A stretch of DNA of 64,000 bases from Harriotta raleighana (Eukaryota). Shown here piece after piece: positions 24,800-38,121 of the stretch. Position numbers and translations under genes: made by a program. Each line of letters begins with the position of its first letter. Position 1 is the stretch's first letter. Where the stretch lies: contig JBNZDD010013730.1 of NCBI GenBank assembly GCA_050575255.1, positions 3,929,671-3,993,670 on the forward strand. Reading direction: 5' to 3'. Below the pieces are notes generated by a model. That model worked only from the letters and a program-made list of their open reading frames with translations. It was not told the DNA's origin and did not search any database.

Positions 24800-24875
24800 A
24801 ATCATAATCAGGAACAGGAATACTGGCAATGTATTTCCCTCCCCAGCCCAGAGATGTTGTGGTTTAATTTTCTGG
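24800..24875 (-). mobile_element. Family B SINE-like fragment
   Basis: ATCAGGAACAGGAATACTGGC..TTTCCCTCCCCAGCCCAG resembles 16480-16535. Confidence 0.5.
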
Positions 24876-27279
24876 CATGAATTTGCTCTTAACATGAGGA
24901 ATTCTCGCTCAATTACTTTATTCAGAAATTGTCACATAAACTCCACTAGGTCTACATATAGAGTCCCCCACTTCTCAGACTGTCAAACTTAGTGCAGGTT
25001 GCGGAATGAACCGAACATGTTTCCTGTATATAAGCTGTGTGTGTCATACGACATATGCAATTACCCACAAATGCATCAACACAGCTCAGCCATTGTAGAT
25101 CTATTAGGATGTTCCCTCTTCTTTCTATTATCATCTTATAGTATCATTGTATAACTCTGTGTGCAATTGGCTGTTGTATTTTGCCCACTAAATATACAAT
25201 CAATTCACTTTGTAGTATATACAGCTATTGTAACCTTGCTATGTATTGCTCTCCCACCGGATGATGAATTGGGCAATTCTCATCCCTTGAACTTTGAAAT
25301 GGTGTGTATCTGGTGAGCCAACCATCAAACAAGCTACGGTACACCGAGCCTGTGGTAAGCTGTGCTTCAGACCCTGTTTGCTGTATTTAACTAAGTTGAA
25401 AAAGTCCAGCAATTTGCAAATGGTGAGTTAAAGCTATTAGCAGATATGGCATCATTTTGCAATCAACTCCTGCTTGTATTTCCTCAAAGCTCATTATTTC
25501 TAACGGCAAGAGTTCTGACGATGTTGTAAGTGGACACCATCAGTGACCTTAAATTAATGATGGTTGCTGAATTTGTATGGACAGAATACAATATCTATTA
25601 GTGTTTCAGGCTTCTTATAAATAGCGTAAAGGTTATTTTGAAAATTCATGGAAACAATGATTTGAGCACTGATTTCAATGGTAGGGAAAACATTCCTGAA
25701 TTGTTTTCAATCTTTCCTTTGATCTTGACTGCTAGAACATTGGATTTGTGGTTTCCAACTAATAATATTATTAATTTGTTTCTTGGTGAGAACCGGTTGA
25801 TTTGTAATTCACCATTATTCAGTCCTTTAATTGAAATTCCTCACTTTCAAATTATTTTTCTACATTCATGTGTACATTGTGTATGCCGTTTGATAATTAT
25901 ATTCTGATTAACTTTTGCTTTAACATTTTCCTCTGTTTCACAATTGCATTAAAAAGAACTGATTTGTTGTACCAGCCTTTAATAAGTCTCTCTTCATGCC
26001 TGTTAATAAGAAATATTATGGCTTCAATTTCCTTTGGCCATTTTAATTTAAACAGCAGAGGTACCTGTCATCTTATTTGTTCCTGTTTAAAAGAAATTAA
26101 TGGTTGGATTTCTGTCCCTGAGGTAATCCTTAGTATGTGCATACAATGTGGATCCTGTTACTTGAGTAACCAATGAGTATGGATTTACAGAGTGAAGTGT
26201 TGAACATTTCACCAACAACAGATGGCGAATGTAATGTTTATTAAAGAGTTAATACATTACCAGAGGTCACCAGCACAGAAATAACCGATAGAAGAGATGA
26301 TTTCATTTAGCATCCAGCTTGCTGGCATTTCACATCTTGTTGATTGATGCAAATTGTAGTAATGTTACTGCTTTCTGAAAGCCTGGCTTACATTTACTTT
26401 TAGAATTGTGCATATGGAAAAGATTTGATGCTTTTTACATTTAATTAAAATGATGGCTGAATAAACATGGAGATTTACGTGACACTACAGCACCAGCTGA
26501 CCGTGCTGAGGTGAAAGATGATTATTTAGTGAAACAGATACTCCAGAAGAAAGAATAACTCATCTAAATTATGTTTTTGCCTCATCCAGACTGCAGAGGA
26601 AAATTAATATGAGTTAGCAAATAAAAGGTCATCATTTCTGCACTGATATGCATCATACATGGCTACAAGCAGGTAGATGTTACTCTATAATGACTTTGGA
26701 GTATTTATTTTAAATTGAATGATTGCAATAAATATTAATAAGAACCAGGTCAATGCTAAAACTTGTGAGGGGGGAGGGGAGGGGGTGGATGGATTTATGG
26801 CAAATTTTGAACTAATATTTAATCAAATACTCCACAGTGACATTTTTGATCAGCAATTATTCATATATAGGACAAGTCTAGAAGATTAATATACTGTACT
26901 AGAAAATACCATGGAGAAATTGAATCTGCATAGAACTATTATGTGTTTCCCCTACTTTTTTATTTGGCTTTTTGTTCAGACATTATTCCCCACTCAAAGT
27001 CGAAACATCTACCTGCAAAATTGCTTTATCTTTTCTACGCGTTTTCCCCAATTTCTCCGAGTTTCTGCTCAGCTATGCTCCTGACTGTTCCAGGTACAGA
27101 ATCCACCCAAATATTCTAAACACGGAGATACTTGTTTTAAGAAAATTTTTAAAAATGGAATGGAGACAGAAAAATAGTTCAGCTTTTGCTATCAGGGGTA
27201 CAACTTGTTTTAACTTTAGGTTTTGTGCCAGACACGATGACAATATAAACTGAGTAAAGAGGAGGATGAACTTGACGGT

Positions 27280-27440
27280 TGGGCAAAGGCAGTGAATCTC
27301 TAGGGAGAGAGTGAGTATTTCATTTCAACAATCCACGTGGACGTGAGATGTATGCAATTCTCAGTTTGGTTTGGATACTCTCAGACATGGTGATGGGTTT
27401 CCGCATGTATCAGGCACCCGCCTGAACCAAAAAAAAAAGA
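27280..27440 (+). repeat. Unclassified A-tailed dispersed repeat (family C), 3' part
   Basis: GGGAGAGAGT..CATTTCAACAAT..TCTCAGTTTGGTTTG..ATGGGTTTC..CACCCG..(A)n, shared with 44400-44556. Confidence 0.75.
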
Positions 27441-27444
27441 GCGA

Positions 27445-27610
27445 AAAGAAATGTATTTTTAAAGAGAGTTTGAAGACAGGATGAGAAGCCAAATAGATTT
27501 TGAGAAAGTAAGAGAGAGAGGGAGGGAGTACTAGAGAGGGAGCTATAATGGCTGAAGATACAGCAACAAATGGTGAATGGAAAGACTAAGGGAAACAAAC
27601 AACAGTAGCC
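27445..27610 (-). mobile_element. Degenerate L2 3' fragment
   Basis: IFSHYSSLSSTPS..SSCLQTLFKNTFLF resembles the L2 C-terminus. Confidence 0.5.
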
Positions 27611-30046
27611 TTGCAGAGTAGACCTTAAACACCAACTTCTGCTCATTTTCCCACTGTAGATTAAAGTGACTGGAAAAATAATTGTTAACTATATTTACAA
27701 AGTGGTGTTGACATCATGGATACTTCAGTGACGCTCTTTAATTTTCAGAATTCTCATATTAAAGCATCTATGGGGATGGTATAAAAATATAAACAAAACC
27801 CCCGAGTACAGTACAGCTAAATCATTAATGCATTCATTTCAAACTCATGCTTATAATGGCTGCTAAAATATTATTAAGTTCAAATTTATGTACATAATTT
27901 AGTTACAATACCTTAAAGGGAGGGATGATTTTTTTCAGGTTTGTCACCATGTGTATAATTCGTACAGTAATAATCCTTACATTTGGTATCGCTTCTTTCA
28001 TGTCGTGAAACCTCATCCGGCTTCACAGAATTTACTGTAAAATGCAGTGACTGTGTATGTTTTGTCGGCAAAATTCTTGCTCTGTTAAAAGCAAAGAAGT
28101 GGTTCAAGAAATTAAAACCAGTTGAAAGGCAACCATGCACGTTTTAGCACCAATAACTGTTACATTTGCATAATAACTATCAGTATTGTAATTATATTAA
28201 AACTTAGCAGATTTTTTTCTAATTGTATGCAGTCAGCCACATAATTGACATCACAATATAATGCTCTGTTTGAGGCCTACAAACAGCAGCTCACTGGAGG
28301 GGAGGCCGATTCCAGACTGCAAACTAATCAAATAGAGCTGCTACATGTTAGGAGACAAGAAAGGAGTCTAGCATTGCGAGAAACAAGCCAGAGAATCAAA
28401 GGAAACGAAAACATAAAGTGTGAACTACCAGAGCAAACCGCAACATTTAAGTACTAAGACAACAAAGTTAATTAAGTGAAGATGGTTTCAGTACACCTCC
28501 CACCATTCAGAGCATGCATTTGCCACTGAGCCAATGGGGGTATAAAATGTGGTACGTATTTGCAAACTGAAATTTGTGGCATTTAATTGCGACTGCCAGT
28601 TTTCGCATTTCAGGTTGTGAAATTTGCGACGAGATGTCTCAAGCCAGAAAAGTCTGACCAAAAACAGGCGGGCAACATGTAAATCCATTTTGCAAAGAAC
28701 ACCGATGATTTGGTTTCCAAATGTTTTAGTTTATGTTTTTTGAACTCTTTCTCTTATCTGTATTGTGTGCCAGATTGTGATTTCACCACTCTGTTTATAC
28801 ACACACTGTCCTTCTACAGAATATTTCCTTCGCTTCTCAATCTCTGTTCCTTTTTGTTCTTCATCTATACAATATACTGTATAATGATGTGAGGGTTCTT
28901 TTCAACTTAACTTTTAGACCTTATCTATGGTCACCTTTCCCCTCCTTAATGACTGCCCCTGTCTTTGACCACTTTGAGATGTTACCTTTCGTGAAGAGGC
29001 TATAGAAATGCAAGTTGTTGTACCTCAGATTACAACTGTGTCAAATAAATGACTGAATCCCTAATTGCCGATTCTCATACTGAAATTCCATAATTGTGTA
29101 TGAAAGAAAAAAAACAGATATTTATGAATGATGCTGTCAAATATTTTATAGGTTTTTAAATCACTCAATCGGCATCACCAAACATATTTACTGACTTACT
29201 GTCTTGTTTTTCTGCACCACTCTTTGTAACTGAACATACTGCAATATCTGCTTCAAGCCCCTTCAGCCGGGGCTTGTTAGCAAACAGTTTGTAGATGTAA
29301 TTTCTCCGTTCTGTATTCTGCGCACAATGTAAACAGAGTGAAGACTTGGCACTTATAGCCTCGGGATACTGAAAGACCTCTTTAGATTTTGAGAGGCCCT
29401 GAAGTCCAGTGCAATATAAATACAGAATTTGTGGATTTTTAAAAAACCAATTCCTTAAGAAGGCATCTGCGTTGCGAAATGGAGATACCAATAATAACTG
29501 TAACTATGAATGACCTGTGGGAATTCTACTCCAACAGGATTTCTCATTGAGGATGAAAAGACCAAATATATTGAGGATTTTCATTTAAAAAAAAATCTAT
29601 TTAATATTTTCTCCCACTGTTCTGATATTTTTATGTTGGGCAAGAATTTATATATCTGTGCAGTGCTGAAACTGCTATCTAGACAGTCACTCAGCCATGT
29701 TACAGAACATCATTGCTCTTTTCTCTTTGATAATTTGGTATCTCAACAATGAATCCGAAATGCAACTTACATAAAAGGCTAAACCAACCAGTGACACTGA
29801 AGTAAAATTTAAATTGCAGTATTTTGGTTCTTGTGCTGTACAGTCATGTCTGCGTTATCTACTAGTTATCTCAAGGCAAGAAATTGACAGGATAGAAAGA
29901 TTGTTGTTGAAGATAATTCTTATCTTTAATTCTCCCACAATGAAAGCATTGATTTCAGTCCAAACCAATTTTGAAAGATAAGTGTGCAGGAAAGATCTGA
30001 TCACCAGAAAATACAGTACTCGTGTCCTTTCTACTAGTTTCAATAT

Positions 30047-30121
30047 ATAATAATGATAATCCTTGCATTTGATATAGCACCTTATTACGTCTTTGAGATG
30101 TCTCAAAGCTCTTCACAGAAT
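30047..30121 (-). mobile_element. SINE 3' tail
   Basis: (AAT)n CCTTGCATTTGATATAGC..TCTCAAAGC..TTCACAGAAT. Confidence 0.85.
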
Positions 30122-31064
30122 TTATCCATTAACTAAAATGTTAATTAAATTCACATGTCTCAATTTCATTTGACCACATTTGCTCTTCAACTGAATATTT
30201 ACTCCCTTGGTTCACTGACGTTGACCCATTGGAAATGACACGTACTCTAGAGACTGTTTTTCATAGTCCTGTATAACAAATCTCTATGAAGTGGTCTTGG
30301 AGCCAAAAACTCGGGAAAAATAAATAAGCAGAGACAGGAACAGAAGACAAAACCAGCAGAAAATATACACTAGCGAGATAGAGACAAGGGAAAAGAGTGA
30401 GGGAAAGAGGATAATATATGACTGGCTTGGAAAATGATACTGGATATGAAAATCCATAAATAAGAATAACAGGTATTCTTAGCTCAGAAGAAAACAAATC
30501 TAAACAAATGGCACGGTGTAAATAGTTGAATTTTATTTTCGAGGCAAGTAGCTAAAATATTGTAAGATTGTTGATCATGATGATACATGTGCTATATTCA
30601 GTAGTTACAGTGATCTGTGAAATGTACCAACAGACTTGTACATGAGTTAAAGGAGTAATGTGGTGTAATGTATATTATGCAGCCAATCCTGACGTCTTCC
30701 AAATCAACCCGAGTGACAGATGTGACAGTAACTCTATCTCATCAGTCACTGTACCACACACTGCCGGGGAAATAGGTTAGGCTGCCGATGGGTGGGATTG
30801 CGCAGCTGTACTGTACTCAGCCCACCCACCTGCAAAATTCCAGCCCTGGTGGGGTACTACAAGAGCTTCTGCATTTTCAATTAATTTTAAAACAAAAAAA
30901 AATTCCTTAGGTGATTTTGATTTGGTAATTCTACCACCAGCAATGCCATATTAATGCACACAGCAGCTTTAAACTTCCACGGTTCCTCGATCTGTCCTGC
31001 TGGGCTTCAATCTGGCTTATTATACGAGGCTAGCAAACGTGATTTGCTTAGCACTCCTCCGATG

Positions 31065-31330
31065 GCTTATCAGTTAAAGGCCCTGCCCGATGCAGCACTG
31101 AACCGGGCAGACCCGAAGGCTGCAGGTTTGATGGCTGGTCTGTGCAGAGTTAGTGATCTTAGCCCTGTTCGTATCTAAGGCTTTATTACTGCTGGGGGTG
31201 GAGTGGGGGGAGAGAACAAATCAGCTGGGATATTGCCTCTTTATTGGCTGGCTCACAAATGAATGACCATTTAGGTGAGATACCAGAGGGCAGTTGTTGT
31301 TTGTGAAACATTGGCAGATAATATTACCTA
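31065..31330 (+). mobile_element. Ancient tRNA-like SINE family B copy
   Basis: TGGCTTATCAG (A-box-like), GGTTTGATGGC (B-box-like), GGTCTGTGCAGAGTTAGTGATCTTAGCC. Confidence 0.65.
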
Positions 31331-33429
31331 AGCCATTTGTGAGAAATTCATGAATACATATTAAAACTTTTAATGGGTGGAATCAATTGTTTATTATATT
31401 TGCCTGTTTCTTTGTGAAACATATTTTTCTATTAATTGCCTTCTAGCATTCATTGACTGGATTAACGCCTGAATTTATTAAGATTCACGTACATTTCGGT
31501 TTCAGAAATTGTCTGAATAATTATGCTACATTTTTATAATATGCCCTCAACCGTATGAGCATTTAAACCACTCAGCACTCATAGGTGATCAACAAACTTT
31601 TCTGATCACCTTTCAAAATAAAAGCCAGTGTAAACTAAGCTCACTGTGCACTGAGTATCTGCTTTCAATATTTACATTGGGTGGAATTCCCCCCCCACCC
31701 CCACCCAATGTTGAGAGATATCTGAACATCCATATCTAGTTTCAATGAATGTTTAAGATCCAAGAATACATTCGAGATCCTTTATTTCAGAGACAACGTG
31801 TTTGTGCTGGATTGTAACATTTTGATGCGTGTTGTCCTGAATACCCCCCAAATCATTGACACTACTCTCTGCTGAACTGCAGAGGGAGTGATTCAGCATG
31901 GTGTGGATGTAGACTGTTCTGACTATTGCCTGGGATGCCCAAAGCAATGCCAAAAAATCTGCAACGTCCCCTGAGCTAGGCCAGAGAGCATGGGAATTAA
32001 TGAACTTGATGGACTGGAATGTTAATTCTTTTTGTCACGGATGTCATCTTAAACACTCTGGACTTTTCTGTGAATTCTTGATTACACATGGTGCAACTAA
32101 CAGTAAGGTATAACACTGAAGACATTGTTAATCTTCGCATAAATAACAAAAAGCAAACACCAAAAGGATAATCCCGCCAAAATCATAATGCGATTGAACA
32201 GGAAACTAAACGTCACTCACCATGAAATGCTTATTGAAAATAAACAGAGTTTGTATTTGCTTTCATTGTGGGGATGTTAATATACTAAGGCTTCCAAAAC
32301 TATCTGCCTACGTCCAGAGGAATTTGTTTGATGATCATAAAGAGTCTAGCACTGTGCCACACCGTCTGGCAAGTTAGAGGTACAAATCTTGCTCAGTGTT
32401 AAGTTAGCTGATCTCAGTCTGAACGGCAATCGGGATACTTCAGCAGGTTTTGGTAAAAAAGGCTCGATTTTTTTCAAGAGAGCCTAATTCACCTGGAAAA
32501 CAAAGTTATTATTATAGGAGAGGAAGAACAATGGGAGAAAATTGAAGGAGAGTAATTTTTTTTAAAAATAGCTCAATCACAAAATGAATCGGATGAGCAC
32601 TGCTTTTAACCATGAGTAGCTGCATTGTGGAGAAATACGGTGTAAAACATTGCACTTTTTGCACAAATGGAAGGTGGTAATATTTCCTCTTTCCATAGAT
32701 TTAATAGTGACAGATTTCCTAGTAAAATGGTTTGGATGGGCCATGTTATTCAAGGGACCCAATATTGTTCACAAATCAGTACTCTAATGTGCGTTCTTTC
32801 TGGGAAACTTTTAGTGTGACCTTTACATAAATACAACTCGAATTGTTTACCAACAAGAATTCCTTGTGTTTGGCAAAACCTGATGAAGTGGCATTGTTTC
32901 AAATTTGAGTTAACTTGTTATACCAAGTTCAAGTACATTTTTGTTCATTCAGAAGTGATTTGTGTGAAATGCAGCTTTAACCCTACCACTGAAAACCCTA
33001 TTGAAGTTCGACAAGTCCCTGGATAATGTTCCAATCAGTGGGAAATATATTCAAACATCCTGCTCTCGGTTAATAGTTGTCAACACTTTTTGAACCTGTG
33101 TAACAAATGAAAGATCTTGTATAAGGCAGGTACATGCACAGTACATCCTGTTGTTCACCTAATGAAACCTTTTTTTAAAAAAAATACAGTATCTGTACTC
33201 CTCAATTTTTGAATCTACCAATATACTGAGGAGAACATCATACCATGTAATAATAGGTAAAGGTCATGATGTATAAAGCATTTGCATCTATTTGACAGAG
33301 GAGGATTAGAGTGAAAACAAATTGGAAGTGGATGTAGCTGCCCAGTATTTCTTATAATGAGCGCTTTTAAAACATTGAAAACCGAATCCTGAAAATGTAA
33401 TAAAAATAGAGGAAGTCTCGACTTGAATT

Positions 33430-33775
33430 TGATATGAATTTTTAAAAGGAAAACGTGCATTGTCGAACTAAAAGATGATTTGCTCGGTAGCAGTGAGTAG
33501 GGCAAACCAGATGTTGGATTATATTAAAAGGACAATATCGAACTGAAATAGTAGGGCAATCCTTGCCACTTTATAAATCACTTGTGCTACCGCACTTGAA
33601 ATACTGTGTGCAGTTTGGGTCACCGCAATATAAAAAGGATAGTGCAGCGATTGAGTGGATATAGAGGCGGACAACCAATAGAATTGAGCTGATGAAGGGA
33701 CTGGACTACAAAGAGCGATTAAACAAATGTTCACTCTGGGCATGTTCACTCTGGAGAAGACAATCTTGAGGGGCT
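33430..33775 (+). mobile_element. CR1 LINE ORF2 fragment
   Basis: AVSRANQMLDYIKR..LPLYKSLVLPHLKYCVQFGSPQYKKD..GLDYKERL..LGMFTLEK. Confidence 0.9.
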
Positions 33776-34280
33776 GTCATGATTACCTTATTCTTGCAAT
33801 CCGTAGCAATGTGTAAATAATATATCAAATATATTTTATAAAATAATATACAAAATATTATTTAAGGGAAAGGGGGAAACCCGGCCCTTTAAATGGAATC
33901 TGTTGCAGAAAAAGTTAACAAGCAGTCTGGAGAGTAAAATAAAACGCAGCCGCCAGTGCGGGGAAGAAAACCCTCGCATTCGCATTGTACGGTTGGTGAA
34001 GCCACACACCTACAGAAGGCATTGGTCCTCGTGGTCGCTAAATAACGTTTGTCATCCGGTGCACAGGACTACTGTACTGTAGAGTTGATTTAAATCTATT
34101 TTCACTAACTCAAGTATTTCAATTCAAGTACTGTATTGTGCTGCAAGTTGTTACAGTTATGTTTGATCTCGTTGCTGCAAATCTTAAATTGTTGTGTTCC
34201 TTATATGCAAGGCAGCTTAGGGTTGCTGGATCTTAAATAAGAGCTGTTTCTATTGAATGTATCGTCATGTTTCTGTAATA
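33776..34280. mobile_element. Unclassified ~500-bp insertion splitting the CR1 (possible solo LTR)
   Basis: Starts TGTCATG exactly where CR1 similarity stops, and CR1 resumes at about 34280. No TSD found. Confidence 0.35.
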
Positions 34281-34490
34281 TTCTCAAACAAGAAAAGGAG
34301 TGAGCGCTTTGGAGAGCAGCTGCCAACATCGGAGTTGCGAAAACAAATGAGATAGATTTCTGTTAGAAAATAATATCTCGGGATACAGTTTATAGCTTCT
34401 GACTACAGATGTCAAGCGACTGCCAGGATGGTAGAAGGTGAACTGGATGGACCTTGGTCTTCTTTTGCCTAACAAACTCAATTGTTCTTG
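34281..34490 (+). mobile_element. CR1 3' end
   Basis: DRFLLENNISGY followed by the 3' UTR GAACTGGATGGACCTTGGTC. Confidence 0.65.
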
Positions 34491-34632
34491 TTTGATTCCT
34501 GGGGGCTGAGGGTCTAGAAATAAACACTATTTTGAGTTATAAAATGGAAGCATAGAACGATTATCAGCAGCTTTCTTATTACAGTACTAATCCTTTAGAA
34601 CACTGCAAAACTAATTGAAATATAAGTTGATA

Positions 34633-34775
34633 TCATAGAATCATAGAAAAGGAGGCCATTCGGCCCATCTAGTCTGTGCCGGCTCTTTGAAAAGAGCAAC
34701 TCAATCCAACTGCCCAGCTTTCTCCCCATAACCTAACAGACCCGTTCTCCCTAAATAAAGATCTAATTCTCTTTT
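34633..34775 (-). mobile_element. CR1-type 3' tail
   Basis: (TCATAGAA)2 octamer tail and GGAGGCCATTCGGCCCATC. Weaker relatives at about 40545 and 59222. Confidence 0.75.
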
Positions 34776-34929
34776 AGATCTTTTGGCGCAATATAAATTG
34801 TACAACTGTGGAATTTAATTGGTTTAATTCTGTTCAGTTTTTGGCTGTTTTACTCTAGTTTTCTCTTCCTTTTTTGACTTACCTTATCTTTTTTGTTTAA
34901 ACTAATCTATGAATAATATACAAACAAGC

Positions 34930-35335
34930 CGAGAATTGTTGAGAGAGCCAGTCAGCCTGGCAAGTTGACAGCACTCGGAGGATCAGAGTAGTCACTGGGG
35001 TCAGGGATTGTTCCCACTGAGCTCTTGTTAACCCTGCAAACTAAAGCTCCAACATGTAGGGTGGTCTTAGCTAGAGAAGCAGCAGGAACTTTGCCAGAGA
35101 ATATTCACAATGGCTGGCTATAAACAGCTTTAGTTGCTTAAACTCCAGTTGTACACCAATACACAATTTGAGGATCCAAGTTTACTTTTACCCAGATGCA
35201 CCTTAGCAGGTTTAAGAATGAGGTCAGGAGGCTGCCTCCCTCTGGAGAGAGTGGACGTTCCATTCTAGACAAAAGGAAACTTTGATGTGTAGATGGCGTA
35301 CTTCGAACTCTCAGTTTGGTTTGTATACTCTTACT
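34930..35335 (+). repeat. Unclassified dispersed repeat (family C)
   Basis: Collinear with 44090-44500 over about 400 bp (CAGTCAG.CTGGC, AAAGCTC, AGGGTGG..TAGCT, CAATGGC, GGAGAGAGT, GAACTCTCAGTTTGGTTTG). Confidence 0.75.
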
Positions 35336-36561
35336 GCAACAACAACATTACATTTGTAGAGCGCCTTTCATGTTGGGAGAACATCCCAAGGCGTTGGAAG
35401 CATGTTGATGAATACCACATGTATCAGATAACTGGTTGATTGAGATTAAAAAAAAAAGTTTTTCTACTCCCTTATTTTTTATTCCTCACCCATATATATT
35501 TTAGCTATACATTATTTCTTCCCTTGAATCTTTCACCCGGTGCTTTGAGCCATTCATGCCTAGCACGAATTATGCCAGATGTGACCTGATCAGTCTTTGC
35601 TAATTTTACTGTGCAAAACCTTGGTAGAAAGTGCATTGCTGGTTCCCAGAGCCAAATGGTACCTGGATAGCAAACTAATCAACATGTTGGAAGGTTTAAG
35701 AATAAGTATGATAGGATCAGATCCTACTTAAAATCCCATATTTTTCCATGCACAACCTATTTCTATTCACTGCACACTGAAATGGCAATGGTTAAGGTTA
35801 ATATTATCAAAGAATTCACTGTCTTTCTCTAAGACTTTGATGCTAATATTATCAAAACAAAACACAGTTGATATTTGTTCTAAGATTTGGGCTAATAGAG
35901 TGTTCAAGCAAATTATGAGTCAACCATTTTTCTTCATTTTCAATATTTCTACTGATCCAATGTCCTTTAAGATCAATGTTATCACGTGGCAAATGCAAAA
36001 TTACTGTTTTAGATGCTAGTTTTGTAATTTCATACATGTGTGTACTTTTGACCAGAAAAAAAAGCTTGTAATTCACCACCTTAATTTTTATATTCTTGTC
36101 CTTGGAAGATTGATCCACTTTTAAACTGAATGCTAATATAACAAGAAAATTATATCAAACGTCATTTACAATTTGCTGAAGGATACATCACCCAAAAGAA
36201 CAGATTCTAATAAAGTGAAAAGGGATTATTTATATTCAATTCCTTGATTTCTAAATTGGCATTGAACTATAACTAATATATTTGCCATTCCATTTTAGTT
36301 ACGCTCAGATAGGACAATAATTGAGATGAGTAAAATACTACATTGTATGCACAGTAATAGGCAAGACAACATGCTTGCATCAGCAAAGGCTTTGAAACAC
36401 TGACTATAGGCCAAAGCTGAATTGCTCTGTATGTCAGGCTACTTTCTCTAGGGTTACTCTGTATGATATGCAGCCTGCAGCACCTGCCAGCAAAGAAAGC
36501 TTGGAGCTGGGAGGGCAGCTTGCCTACTGTTGCAGTCCCTGGCGCGGTTAATCACACTCTC

Positions 36562-36725
36562 NNNNNNNNNNNNNNNNNNNNNNNNNNNNNNNNNNNNNNN
36601 NNNNNNNNNNNNNNNNNNNNNNNNNNNNNNNNNNNNNNNNNNNNNNNNNNNNNNNNNNNNNNNNNNNNNNNNNNNNNNNNNNNNNNNNNNNNNNNNNNNN
36701 NNNNNNNNNNNNNNNNNNNNNNNNN
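36562..36725. other. Assembly gap
   Basis: Run of Ns. Confidence 0.99.
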
Positions 36726-37904
36726 CTTCATTTGCTGCTATTGTTTGTGGAAATTCAATTATTAAATATTATTAAGCTCACACTTTCTTCTATTTTCCAA
36801 GGCTTCGTTTCATTTGATTTTTTTTACTCCAGCTGCTCTTCTGCCTTTATGTGCCAAAAATGTCCTCATCAAAGCAGCTCTGGCATGTGACGACGAAATA
36901 AAATAAACTCAATTTAATAATTCTGATGTTCAGCCCTTGTCCTCAGCTGCTTGCTCAAAGCAACACGGGGAGAAAAGCAGAGCGCATTCAGTTTAATGAG
37001 CAGAAATTGAATTCAAGTTTGTTCAGAATTGACTTCAATTAAGCAGAGCCTTAATGATAAATTAATCTCCTTCTTTATTCACCAGAATTTGTTTTTCAAA
37101 GACAATGATTGGACTGCAATGGAACAACCCAATGAAGGGTTCAATGCTAGTTGACTAGATAAGAGAATTGATAGGAAGATAAATCTGTCAAGGTTAGAAG
37201 TTCAGACAAAGCAGCAGTAATTCTATTACACTAGATCCTGATTTACCATTCATTTTCAGACAGCAAATACATTTTTAATTTTAAACATTGTTAAAATGAT
37301 AGTTGAAATGAAATAAAGCCTGCAGTGAATTCTGCTACAGCACTGTCCAATCTTCATCTTTATTATAGAGTTCTAATTTGAACAAATAGTTCTATTTTCA
37401 AAGGGTTTTGAAAACCTGATGATTTTAATTTATCTATGCTGACAAAATGAATCTAGCATGCGAAAATGACTACATCTAATCCTTTAATATAACACTCTGT
37501 AAAACTTCACCTCCACTTATGAGGACATTAAAAAAATGCTTATATATCTGGAATCAACCACAATTTACGACAATTGACTGCTCTCAAACTAAAAGCAGTG
37601 GTGATCAGTACTTCCTCACCATGTTATTTTAAACTACTATGCATTGACCTCTGCATAAAGCAATCACTTTCTGAACCGAACAAAGGCAGACTTATCACAT
37701 CAATAAGTTGTAATCAATGGACTAATGTCTTTATTGGGACATTATATTTGTACCTCCTTGGGGTGAGTTATGGAGCAGCATTGACCAAGAGATTCTGAGA
37801 TTCACTTATCAGTATACCTTTCTCAATTCAATCATGCTGTATAACCTAGGGAGAACTGAAGACTAATGTAGGATTCCAATTGATTCGTTTACATGCCATG
37901 GAGT

Positions 37905-38084
37905 GGGGGGGGGGGGGGGGGGNNNNNNNNNNNNNNNNNNNNNNNNNNNNNNNNNNNNNNNNNNNNNNNNNNNNNNNNNNNNNNNNNNNNNNNNNNNNNN
38001 NNNNNNNNNNNNNNNNNNNNNNNNNNNNNNNNNNNNNNNNNNNNNNNNNNNNNNNNNNNNNNNNNNNNNNNNNNNNNNNNNNNN

Positions 38085-38120
<36 letters not shown>
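37905..38120. other. Assembly gap (37923-38084) flanked by poly-G
   Basis: Run of Ns with G homopolymers on both sides. Confidence 0.99.

Positions 38121-38121
<1 letters not shown>

Noticed and set aside
31583-31611. 9-bp hairpin AGGTGATCA/TGATCACCT as a miRNA or terminator
   Set aside because: The stem is far too short for a pre-miRNA, and bacterial-type terminators are irrelevant here.
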